From NCBI RefSeq assembly GCF_040938485.1, contig NW_027271056.1, positions 2,666,001 to 2,730,000 on the forward strand: a stretch of 64,000 bases of DNA, read 5' to 3'. Shown here one piece after another: positions 53,391 to 64,000 of the stretch. Positions within the stretch are counted from its first letter, which is position 1, and each line of letters starts with the position of its first letter. The stretch is from Diadema antillarum (taxonomy: Eukaryota). The position numbers were made by a program, and so were the translations under genes. The notes beneath the pieces were generated by a model. The model saw nothing but the letters and a program-made list of their open reading frames with translations, had not been told where the DNA came from and did no database searches.

Positions 53391-55239
53391 ACCTCCTGCA
53401 AATGTTTACGTCCGTGACATTGCACGGTCGCCAATACAAGAGGCGCAGTACAGATTTTACTGAAATTTTTGGTCATAAACTTAGAAATTAGAACCTTGAA
53501 TTGATTATTTAACTACAGCACTCGCGCGGGGGACCAGTTCGAGCATAACATGTATCCCCGGAACCCATTCCCCATACCCCATTTGGATGACTTCTTAGGC
53601 CTAAACGTTGTGTAATGATACAAATGGCAAATGGGGACCATGACTTATTGTTTGCATTTTGGGCATTTTTAAGTTGTTTTCACAGAACATACAATGAAAG
53701 CAGATGAGGAATAAGGCTGGTATGGCACATTCAAGAAATGATAATTACATGTATGACATGGCATCCTATAAAAGTCGGAACAATGAGGGTGCTATCTGTG
53801 AAAACTTTTGCATTACTTAGAATAACTCCAAACCTCCATAGCAAGTATGAATACAATCAAGGAGCTTCGTTTCTGAAGCTCCTTGATACAATCCGACAAG
53901 AAATGTGACATGGCATCCCAGTCGGAACCCTGAGGGCGCCGTCACCACAAACTGTTGTGTCCTACTTGTAGAATGACCACCCATACACCTCCTTAGCAAG
54001 TCTGCATAACATCCGTTTTGAGTAACAACTTAGTTATTGCATACAAGCAGCTTGGCAAATTTTGACCTGATGGTGACCTTTGACCCTGTAAAAGGTGGAA
54101 TAATGGATGCAGCATTACCAATAAGTATAGGCATCTGGATTTGATTATGGTACATTGATACAGAATATTTGGTTTATATGCAAGCTTGATTTATCTGTGT
54201 CTGTCTGTTTGTATGTAGGCCTATGTATGTATGTAGAATACATATACATATATACATATGCATGTGTGCATGTGTACAGATATCTGACTATGCCATCATT
54301 GCTATCCTGATAAATCCATGGACATGAAAAAAAACCCAAACAAACAAAAACAAACAAAGCAAACAGAAAACAAAAAAAGCCTTTCCAAAGTTGCAAAGTA
54401 AGGTGTTCATACAGTTGTTATTCTGAAGATTAAAATCGGTTTGAAATGGCTGAGATATCCAAAAACAAAATAAACAAAATGATCCTTACAAAAGGTGGGT
54501 CCCACCCTTTATTAAGACCCATTTGTTTTTGGATATTTCAACCATTTCAAAACCAATTTTCAAAAAATAAACTTTGAATTCCTCTTAGAATTGTATGCTC
54601 TTTCATATTTCACGAGAGGTTTCCCATTGCAACTGATTGACAAATTGCCCTACATCGACGTAAATCTCGACGGAAGAATATCATGAGGTTTCCCATTATC
54701 TCACAAAAAAAGTTGGAAACCTGAAGTCCTATCTCAACCAAAACTATACCATCCCTTTAAGAAGCCTTTGTTCATTTTTTAATTAATGAGCCTTTGGAAT
54801 AACAAACCTTATAACACACTTGAAAACACAAACCTTCAAAATGACACAACAAATGTTTGGATTGAAGAACTCTATTTCATTTTCAGATAAAGAACATCTA
54901 GGTACTGGGAATTTGTGTGTTTTGGCATAACAAACCTGATTTCATTTTTGGATGAACGAATATTCAAAATAATGAACATGATCCTCTTTTTACATAGTCA
55001 GTAATGAAGCAATGAATGCTCACACTGTATATGCAAATTTCCTGAAGCAGGGATGCCAGTTAGAATGAAAGAGAGGGCCTGAAATACATCTACATGAAGC
55101 TCCTTTGTACATGAAAAAGCCTGAACTTTGAAAATGCCAGGGCCTGAATTCAGGCTTTTGCCTGAAAACTGGCATCCTTGCTGAAGACTAGCCAAAGAAG
55201 AGAAGAACAAGGAAATGGGGATGATCAGGTGCAACTGTT

Positions 55240-55305
55240 GCTGTCAGGGGATTTGATCCACAGGCTTTATGATTGAAAGTCTGTGGTCTTAACCACTAGA
55301 CCATG
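55240..55305 (-). mobile_element. tRNA-derived SINE head fragment
   Basis: Minus strand TGGTCTAGTGGTTAAGA (A box) ... GTGGATCAAATCCC (B-box-like). No intact cloverleaf. Confidence 0.45.
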
Positions 55306-56327
55306 AACGAACAGTTCCTCAGTTCGCAGAATGTTTGCTGATACACTTGTACAACAAATGAAACGAGACCATGGCACACCATATAGCTTGTATTTCCACA
55401 TGTACAAAGTAGTTTAATATCTCTCTTTTGTCACCATTTTTTCTTGTTTTTTTTCTTCAGAATACAATGCTCATTATCAATGAAACGTTTGCAAGATATG
55501 TAACAATGCTGTTCCAACAATGTTTTTGATGGAATAAACAAGACACAGACACACATGTACATGTATATACAGGACTTTGTACATAGCTGAAGACGATCAT
55601 TTAGCAATAAACATTATGCCATAACTTCACACATCTCACCACTGATATCGCTGAATGTTAATCATGTTTGTGATTGAATACATAATAATTAAAGCTGTTT
55701 ACTACGTGACAGAATTTTCTATCTGCCAATAATTCCCCCCCCCCATTCCCTAAAATGACTGCAGTCAAATATTCCTCAAAATGCCATAAGAAAATAATAG
55801 CATATAATTTCATCAATGTGCAAATTTCCTCATACATATCACCATATTCAAATAATTTACAGTGCAGTGTTACATTGTTTATCTTCCCATGTAGAATACA
55901 ATACTGGGAAAAACAAACAAAATTCATGAGCACAGATTTATCAAAGGATAGCAAAATATATCACTTTCTCTCTGGAAAAACAGCTTCGACATTGAAAAAA
56001 TATATGTAGATTCACCAAAGAAAACATTAGTCAGCTTTTACACTGTAATAAATGATACAATTTTTCCAAACTTCATACAGCTCTATCTAGGGGTTCTGTC
56101 AAATTTGGAAGGTTAAAAAAGAAGAAGAAAAAAAAGTCATACATAGGTAGCTTTTTATTACAGATTAAATGTGATTATGGCTTCTGACTCAAACAAAATA
56201 TACAAGTCACCGCATGAGAGATTGATTCTAGGAAATACATTTTGATCCATAAATGCTTAAATCTAGCCGAAGATTTACTGGGTGCAGGAAAGCAAGACAC
56301 TGAAGGACCAAATCTCTCATGACTGAG

Positions 56328-56331
<4 letters not shown>

Positions 56332-56383
<52 letters not shown>
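56332..56383. repeat. (GT)n microsatellite
   Basis: Visible run. (TA)n runs also lie at about 19333-19380, 21745-21797, 45573-45623 and 49432-49462. Confidence 0.95.
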
Positions 56384-56384
<1 letters not shown>

Positions 56385-59300
56385 ATTTTGCTTTTTTCCT
56401 TCCTGAGTTAAACAGGAGATATGTCAATGATCTTTTGCATGTAAAAGAAAGAAAAAAAATAGATATCATAAGTATGCCATAATATTTTATATATATCACA
56501 AACAAGTGGCAGTTGTTTTTACTTCAGTCATTATCAAAACTATGCAGATAAACATTTATTGTAACTGGTGATAAATCATACAAATAAATAATTCGATATA
56601 AAAAAATAGCTTCCTCCAACTGTAAAACTATAAGTCTACATCTGCAAATTTGGGGGAAAAGTGTTCAAGAATTTTCTAAGGAAGCAAATAAACTAAACAA
56701 TAACAAAGAATAAAAAAAAGACCCACATAAACTCCATCAGTAAAATCAATTTGACCTATTGACTTCAAAATCTAGAATTACACAAATACATCTCAAGATC
56801 GCTGTTGGAGTTTTAATCCAGCTATGACTGCACTTAGTACAATATTCAACTTACATTAGTAAGGTAAGTAATGCAAGATTAAGGTTGAGCTATGCATCAC
56901 AAAATCACAAACACCTAATGCACTAAAAATAGTTTGCTATGCATTTTCAGAGGCTTGAAACCCACACCCACCAGTGTAAATTTGGAAATTTCACCCTTCT
57001 ACATAAAGTGATTGTGTTTTTGAACTGATAGACAAGCAACTTAGATGGACACATGTCAGAGGAATGGATAATTTAGTTTAAGGGAGTGTAACAGACATAC
57101 CGCCATATCTTAAGTGTATTCAAAACATGATACACACCATTGTTCCCACCACTGTCATTATATGGCTACAAACATACAATATTATGTTCTCACCGAAGCT
57201 CAAGAGTAAAATACTTCTGACAGTGCGCTAAAAGTGATAGGAAAAATGAAGAGGGAATGTTAACAGGGAATAAGCCTTTTTATTTGCCCTTCTACTTTGA
57301 TTTTTAAAGGTATTGACAAATATATTGCAGAACAAAGAAATACATGACTTCAAGTATATGTGTGTGTTTGCGTGTTATCTGTCAGTACATAATAATGTAG
57401 ACTAACAGCCTCCAAGGAAACCCTGCTTAGAAGTGGCAAAAATGAATATTCTACAAATTTCATCAATATTTCAGTTAACAAAAAAAAAAGAAAAAAGAAA
57501 AAGAAAGGGAAAACAAGAGCAAGTCTTGATGCAAAAACTCATGGATCTCAATAATCCACTGTTTTAGATATAACAGCCAATGAATGTCATCCATCCACTT
57601 ACACTGATAGACGCTGATGCACGATGGATTATGTATCAAAGCTTCTATTCTATATTATCATAAACAAGCTTCAAGGCTAAAAGTTTGCTCTGATGGCAAA
57701 GATTAATCACTTGCTGTTCACTGCAATGCAAAACACAAGCAAATCTTTAGAACTTCAGTGCTTCCCTTGAAGTCCGTTCCACATCCAAGACTGTGCACGA
57801 CTAGAGATATATCATGTCCCCATTATCTAAACCTAGCATGCTGCCCTCTGTAGGTGAGAGACTGCCAGTCAAAGTCATTCTATGCTATCAGAGTGCAAGA
57901 TCTTTTTATGTGCCAGGAATATTTAACATAAAGGTACTAAAATGTAATGTAAGGGGGGGGGGGGGGGGGGGGGGGGCTTGAGGCAGGATCTGGCAACATT
58001 TTACTGCTAGAGGTCTATGTCATTCCAACTTGGACTTCTTCAGTATACCTCCTGGGCTCCTGTACTTGTCTTCTCGGCTGCTGCCATGCATAACTCAAAA
58101 TCTTTTATACCATCGACATCACAGTTTGTGTCCTGCCTTCTTTTACACAATTCAAACATGCTGTTAGCTGCAATGAAGTATCAAATACAGTCAACCTTGC
58201 CTAAGTGAAATCTATTCGGACTGAAGAAATAGCTTCGACTTATGAGGGATGAAAATCAATAGAATATAAAGAGAAAAGGACTTGAAAAGACCTTCAACTT
58301 AGGTGATTATTCGACTTACATGTAGGCGATGCCGACTTAAGCAAGGTTGACTGTACCTCACAAATAATAAAAGCACCTGCCAATCAGGTTGATATAACCT
58401 TGACTAGGTTCTCACAGCATCTCAATACAAACATGTCTTCATAAATAACCTTCAAATCCATGAATACAGGAAAATGTCCTAAAGTTAATATCCTCACAAA
58501 ATCCAATGGCATCATGCTATAAAGAGAAAATCAATGGACATGAGGCCGAATGAGAGCCAGTGTAAAAGTGTTGCTGTACAACACATCACTCTGAATAAAG
58601 CACCTAATTTAGCGCCTTAATAGTTATGGGCATACCATACAAAAAGTACTAATGATTTATTTAAAGGTCATTAATTTTGATTGTCAATTATTCGATACTG
58701 TACTATATTAAACAGCAAATCTTAACCATGCATTCTTTCCTTCATATTCATTCTTTTCTTTTTTTTTGCATGAAATGGTCTCAATTACAATTTTTTCTTT
58801 TTAAAAAAAATAAAACTAACAACATATTTGCATGATTCTGTTCAACATGATGGGGGAAAAAAATCATATCAAATACATCACACATTCATTCCTCACAATC
58901 TTGTAAACAGAGCCTCTATTTATATTCCTCAAGCTGTGCAAAACAAATCATTCAGTGAGTTACTTTTCTACACTGAGTCAAATGTCCGCACTCAAGATGC
59001 CAATGGCATTCCACACACCTTATGACGTGCAGACAGCAGAAGTTCTTTAAACATTTGTCTAATTTCATTGTCTAATTTTACAATATAAACATTTTACTAA
59101 TACAATTCCTTACTGTCACTACCTTGATTCAAAACACTTTTGTCTGAATCTCAACATAAGATAGATTTGGCAATTCCTTGTTACCGTTCTCCAGAAGAAA
59201 TGGACATCAAACAGCCCATTATAATTTTTGGGAAACACAAAAATGAAAAAACAGAAAATACAAAGTGGTATGATTTACAAGCTCAATATCTTATGGACAA

Positions 59301-59935
59301 AACATATAAGCAAATTCAATGGCACTCAACTCCAATCTTACTCCACAATGACTACCATCATCTCCACAGGAACTCTTTTTTTTTCCTTTTAAATAATCAA
59401 ATCACAAACGATATTAAGTGTTCTGTGGAAAAGACCAGATTTCATAAAATATCATCACCCGTTCTATCTCATCAAGTTCCTCAGCAGTCCAAGTAGCTTG
59501 CATCAACCTTCCACCAAGTTCTCCATTTGCGATTCCAATTTCAAAGCTGGATGGGCATAATCACAAAAATCTCAGGATGTGCCTCAGATGGGCTGCTGAC
59601 TCACACTGCAGCCAGTGTTCTCTTTAGAGTCATAAAACATATAATGCATCGTTAGAGAAGAAAAAAAAAGTCCTTGCTTCATGTGAGTTTGATACAATGC
59701 CAGTACTTCTTCAAGCAATGATGGGGAGTCTGCAAAGCGTAAAGAATGTGTGACGCACCGACCACAGATCTGCTCACTTTATTTGATGACAACGATGATG
59801 ATGATACAACAATGTCTCTTAGCATCATTTGAGTTCACGGATGGACCGCATCACTTTGTGAGCTGGCTCGATAAGGACAACACCGCCAACGACCGAGGGT
59901 GGTAGTGTCTGTTGACTGAGGCGGGGAGGGTGAGA

Positions 59936-60040
59936 TCATAACGATTCTAACCGATCCTTGCAGGCATTGGCCACCACCTCCAGACTGTCGCGATCCAACT
60001 CCTTGATGAGTGTCAGTACGGCCGATAGAATGCTGGCATT
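59936..60040 (-). CDS. terminal coding exon of an unidentified gene (upstream exons not found in window)
   Basis: Strong acceptor tctctctctgtgccttttag followed by NASILSAVLTLIKELDRDSLEVVANACKDRLESL*. Amphipathic-helix-like peptide with coding-like GC content. Product not recognised. Confidence 0.65.
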   Translation of the reverse strand, partial: NASILSAVLTLIKELDRDSLEVVANACKDRLESL

Positions 60041-60245
60041 CTAAAAGGCACAGAGAGAGAGAAAAATAATCATAAAAATAATAGAAATGATACGGATGAA
60101 AAGGGAACTTGATTCAAATACAATATCTGACAATTACGTCTATGCACTTGAAAACAATGTATGGCTATGTGGCTGCAACCACCGAGTGTGAAATGGAGTC
60201 ACCATTTCCCAAGTATACTTGCGAGATTTTTTACTCAAATATATA

Positions 60246-60771
60246 CAGTGCACTCCCGTTACAACGAACGCGGTTATAACGAAATTTCGTTATAACGAAG
60301 TAAATCTTCTGGTCCCAAAATTATCACCATTAAAGTCTATGGTACAAAATTCGCTTATAACGAACACGGTTATAGCGAAATTTCCGTTATAACGAGGTCT
60401 TTTCCGAGCGCCACAGACAAAAAAAAAACAAAAGAATTGTGCTCCGTTATAACGAAATGCGAATTGCTTTCGAAAATACGTAGCGGAACAAGCATTCATA
60501 GCGTCTCTGCATGGGTGAATGCTTCACACCACTGTGTGTTCCCTCCTTGTGTCAGACACAGTTTCTGAGAGGAACTTGCGTTTATTATTGTAATACAGTT
60601 ATCCCATCACATTTCACATAGCTTTGCAGTGTATGATGAGTATTCAGCAAACATAATATACGTGGTTCCTTGTTTTCGTTATATATTGTATTTGTTCCGT
60701 TATAACGAAATTTCGTTATAACGAAAGAAAACTGCCAGTCCCGAGCATTTTATTATAACAGGAGTGCACTG
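60246..60771. mobile_element. Tc1/mariner (pogo/Tigger-like) MITE, 526 bp
   Basis: TIRs CAGTGCACTCC.GTTA.AA / TTATAACAGGAGTGCACTG, TA TSD on both sides, many internal (G)TTATAACGAA repeats. Confidence 0.85.
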
Positions 60772-61924
60772 TACCTAAAGCAGACCAGTATGCACCCATT
60801 TTTTCCATTTTTTTCTGGTCCATCCCTGAAAAAGTTACTGGTGCGACAGTGATTTTTTTCTGGTCAGGGACCTTCAGTGCCAGTGTGCAGCGTTGCCTAA
60901 AGGAATACTCAAGACAACAGGCCATCTAAAACTAGTGTTAAAAGAGTTTGCCTGCTTAAAGATATGTTGCTTAGCTTCCACTGAACATTGCAAATGAACC
61001 AATTTGTTCATATTGATATGGCCCTGCTTTCCTGTATGATGAACAAATCAACAAAGGTCCTCAATCATCTTTCCCCTACACCTTTGCCTCATTCTATCCC
61101 TTGTTATTCCTTATTCAATTTTGCAAAGGTTTGCTCCTGTTGATCTTAATTCAGCTTCCTTCATGTCTTGTAACTCTACCTACTCTGTCTGACATAGCAC
61201 ACCACTTTTACTGATAAGAAGCAGTGAAGCCATGAATACATTACTAAAAACCTCAATTTGTGGGTTTGAGGGTGCTTTCCCTGTGTTGATAACTGCAGAA
61301 TTTCTGAGGCACTTTTCACAAGACCGAAAGAAACTCGGTTTACATGCTTTGCAGTTTATCATCTTTTGTGCGTAAATAATTTTTTGCCCTGCACTTAGAC
61401 CAAATATATTGGTAAAGAGTTTAGCAATCTGGTCTTAGTGCAGGGCAAAACAGTTAGATTTGATACACATCGTGTTGCAGTCCCACACAGTACATTTTCA
61501 GAGAAATGATGTGAGAATAAGTATTCGGTTGCGTATAAAGTCATGAAATTAGTTGTTAAAAAATGCTACAGAACTCTCTACTCAATCTGAAGTTAGTGAT
61601 TCTACCAATTGTGCATGAAGGACACCCGGAGGTTTCTCTAAATCACAATTTATTTTGTCCCTGGGGTGACAAGATCTCATATCTCCAATGGCATATATTA
61701 AAGAAAAAACCTCATTGCTCAATTCTAAATATAAAAAAATTGATATGGGATTACAACATCACAATTGCTAGTGTTCTTCCAAACATTGTTTCTAAATCAT
61801 TTGATATTAACATTGATGTCATTTTGTGAAAATGTTGCAAAATAAAAAAACTCTTTCGCTCTTCTGAAAATCAATGTTTTTTGTTTGTTTGTTTTAGATT
61901 AGAGGTCTTGTTACACGAGGATGA

Positions 61925-62176
61925 TGTGTACATTATTTAATTAGTGTGCTGAATCACTAAAAGATACACTGGATTGACACAACTGGTATGGAAGCAATGG
62001 CTGCTTGTACGCAGGCAAGCACAGGACGGACGGATTTGAATTCCCTCTGAAGGAGCAGACAATGAGGATAAAAAGCCTTGCCTAGGGACACAACCACTGC
62101 AGTTAGGGGACTTGAACCTGGGACCTTGTGGCTCATGGTCCATGAGCTTATCCAATGAACCACAGCAGCTCCTCCC
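61925..62176 (-). mobile_element. tRNA-derived SINE
   Basis: Minus-strand A box TGGTTCATTGG (62152-62162) and B box GGTTCAAGTCC (62108-62118), followed by the typical SINE body motif TGTGTCCCTAGGCAAGGCTTTTATCCTCATTG. Confidence 0.75.
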
Positions 62177-63532
62177 ACCACAAAAAGCCTGCTATGAAAC
62201 CTGCATTCACCCCATCCTTGTACCCTTCTCTCAGTCTTCCCGTGGTTTTGACATTGACGTGCATCATGTTTTATGCTTTCCGATCAATTATGAATGGCTT
62301 CAGAGCTGCCAGCATTCATCAGGCAAACATCACGGAGGCTCCAAAGAGCCGTCGGGAAGATAGTCGTTCGTTTGTTTGTGCAGGCGCTTATATTCTTTTT
62401 GTCGGGAAATGAAGAGATAGTTAATTTTTCAGGAAGCCTCCGGCACAATCGAGACTTGGCATCTGTGTAAAACTGATAATCCAGCCACTCAATCCCTGAT
62501 CAACTGATGAATGCTGAGAGGCGCACAAATTGCAAAACCAATACAGTCATTCCCAGGTACCTGCCTCAGATGTTAATGTGTTTTCTATGTGAGCCACATC
62601 ACTTAAAAGGAGGTACTTAAAACAGAAAACTTGAGTCAGAAAGTGTTTCATACCACTCAGAAACAATTCAGGAAATCATCATAGGATGCATCAGGGAAAG
62701 GGTCTAATGATTTCTCAAGGCTCTTGCATACAGGAATACATTAGCAAGTAACGATTATCAGCACATACTGCTACTTAATTTCTTTCCAGATTTATGTTGA
62801 CTTTGTATCACAAATCCACCAAAACGTAGCCAGACATGGATTTTTAGATTAGGGCAGATTCTGAAAGAGCGGATTCTAAGCTTTGAAATGCCGGCAGCCA
62901 TACTAACTCAATACAAATGGACTTTCCCAACCCATCTAATGATGTAGAGAAAGTACACCCTCTAGAAAAGTGCTTACTGAAAGAAAAACAAAGCTTTGAA
63001 GTTTAAGGTCTTTTCCAGAGCAATCTTACCCAGTGGTACTCAGTGCAATGAATGGGACAAAGAATAGGATGTAAAATTCCATAGCAACCATAATAATTAG
63101 ACTAAACTGCACATGCATCAAGAATATTCTATTCACGACTAATATTAATTTTCAATGCAATATCATCATCATTTCAAATATTATTAGAGTTAAAAGAGAA
63201 GACTGTGTAAAGGATTTCTCCTGCTCTTAATCCATAAATTCTAGACAGCCTACATCAGACTGATAAAAAAAAGTGTTCTAGAAAAACTGCAAAAGAGACA
63301 ATTTCCCATTCATTTTATGATCCAAAACTGTAGAATTATATGGAAGATTTATACTCTTTCAGAAAATATAAAGAACTAAAGATTATCTTAGTTGACCTAT
63401 TTTACCTAATTTAGGTCCTCACTTAAAATTGGGTTGTGTGACTTTTAGTTGGTTTGGTGATGCACGGTCACATACAGGACATATTCCCCTGATTATTTGT
63501 CCATTTTGTCCATTTGGTTTATAAATCATTAA

Positions 63533-63617
63533 CCCGTTGAGGATGAGTCCCGAGTATACTCGGGCAAGGGTCTATGGGAAATGCCTGTTGTAGCAAAATT
63601 AGCCCGTCCTCAATGGG
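63533..63617. mobile_element. 85-bp piggyBac-type MITE
   Basis: TTAA TSD on both sides, TIRs CCCGTTGAGGA(T)G / CGTCCTCAATGGG, internal palindrome CCCGAGTATACTCGGG. Confidence 0.75.
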
Positions 63618-64000
63618 TTAAAGTTGAAAAAAAAAAAGACACACGCACATAACAACTTCCAGATAGACCCATATTAAGGTATGATTCTGGAGCAATTGAG
63701 TCTGTTTGTTTTTTTTTTGTGGGGTGGGGGGTGGGGGATACTGCTAAGAGAAGGTCAATTAGTCCACTCCAAAGTCCTCCTCACTCCTAGATCAAAGGCC
63801 CTCCTGTGATCCCTCTAGACTCCTCCTTGACTCACCTAAAATTCTACCAAGTGGGAAAGGCTGTGACAAGTGGACCAAGAAACCCCCTGAGCTCAAAGAA
63901 CTACCTTTCCACCACTGGTGACTAAGAGGTAGCAGGGGATTCGGTCCATCTGATAGGACAGAATCGGCATTTTCTACGTCTATGTCATTATCTGGCTCTC

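Noticed and set aside
63836-63949. Possible upstream exon (ag|...|gtgagt, one open frame) of the orphan gene
   Set aside because: It would end in phase 1 while the terminal exon reads best in phase 0, and the peptide is not protein-like; likely repeat-derived.

Overview
AT-rich eukaryotic DNA from an intron-rich animal genome; a marine invertebrate, possibly echinoderm-like, is my inference from the repeat families. There are four N-gaps and no prokaryotic features or CRISPR. The core is a head-to-tail tandem array of six intact, 4-exon CTHRC1-like genes on the minus strand (copies A-F, 15.3-51.5 kb). All share intron phases 0/0/1, a signal peptide, a very short Gly-X-Y segment and the Cys-rich CTHRC1 C-terminal domain. 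They form two subfamilies (A-D and E-F) and show exon-restricted sequence homogenisation. To the left is a coiled-coil + NHL-repeat (TRIM-NHL-like) reading frame that can be rebuilt as a ~518-aa ORF by removing two lesions: a 1.7-kb hAT-type insertion with an 8-bp TSD and a 10-bp footprint-like insertion. To the right is the last coding exon of an unidentified minus-strand gene. The rest is a dense set of MITEs (hAT, Harbinger, Tc1/pogo, piggyBac), SINEs, L2 and L1/Tx1 fragments, long hairpins and microsatellites. All exon coordinates, translations and mismatch counts were worked out by hand.
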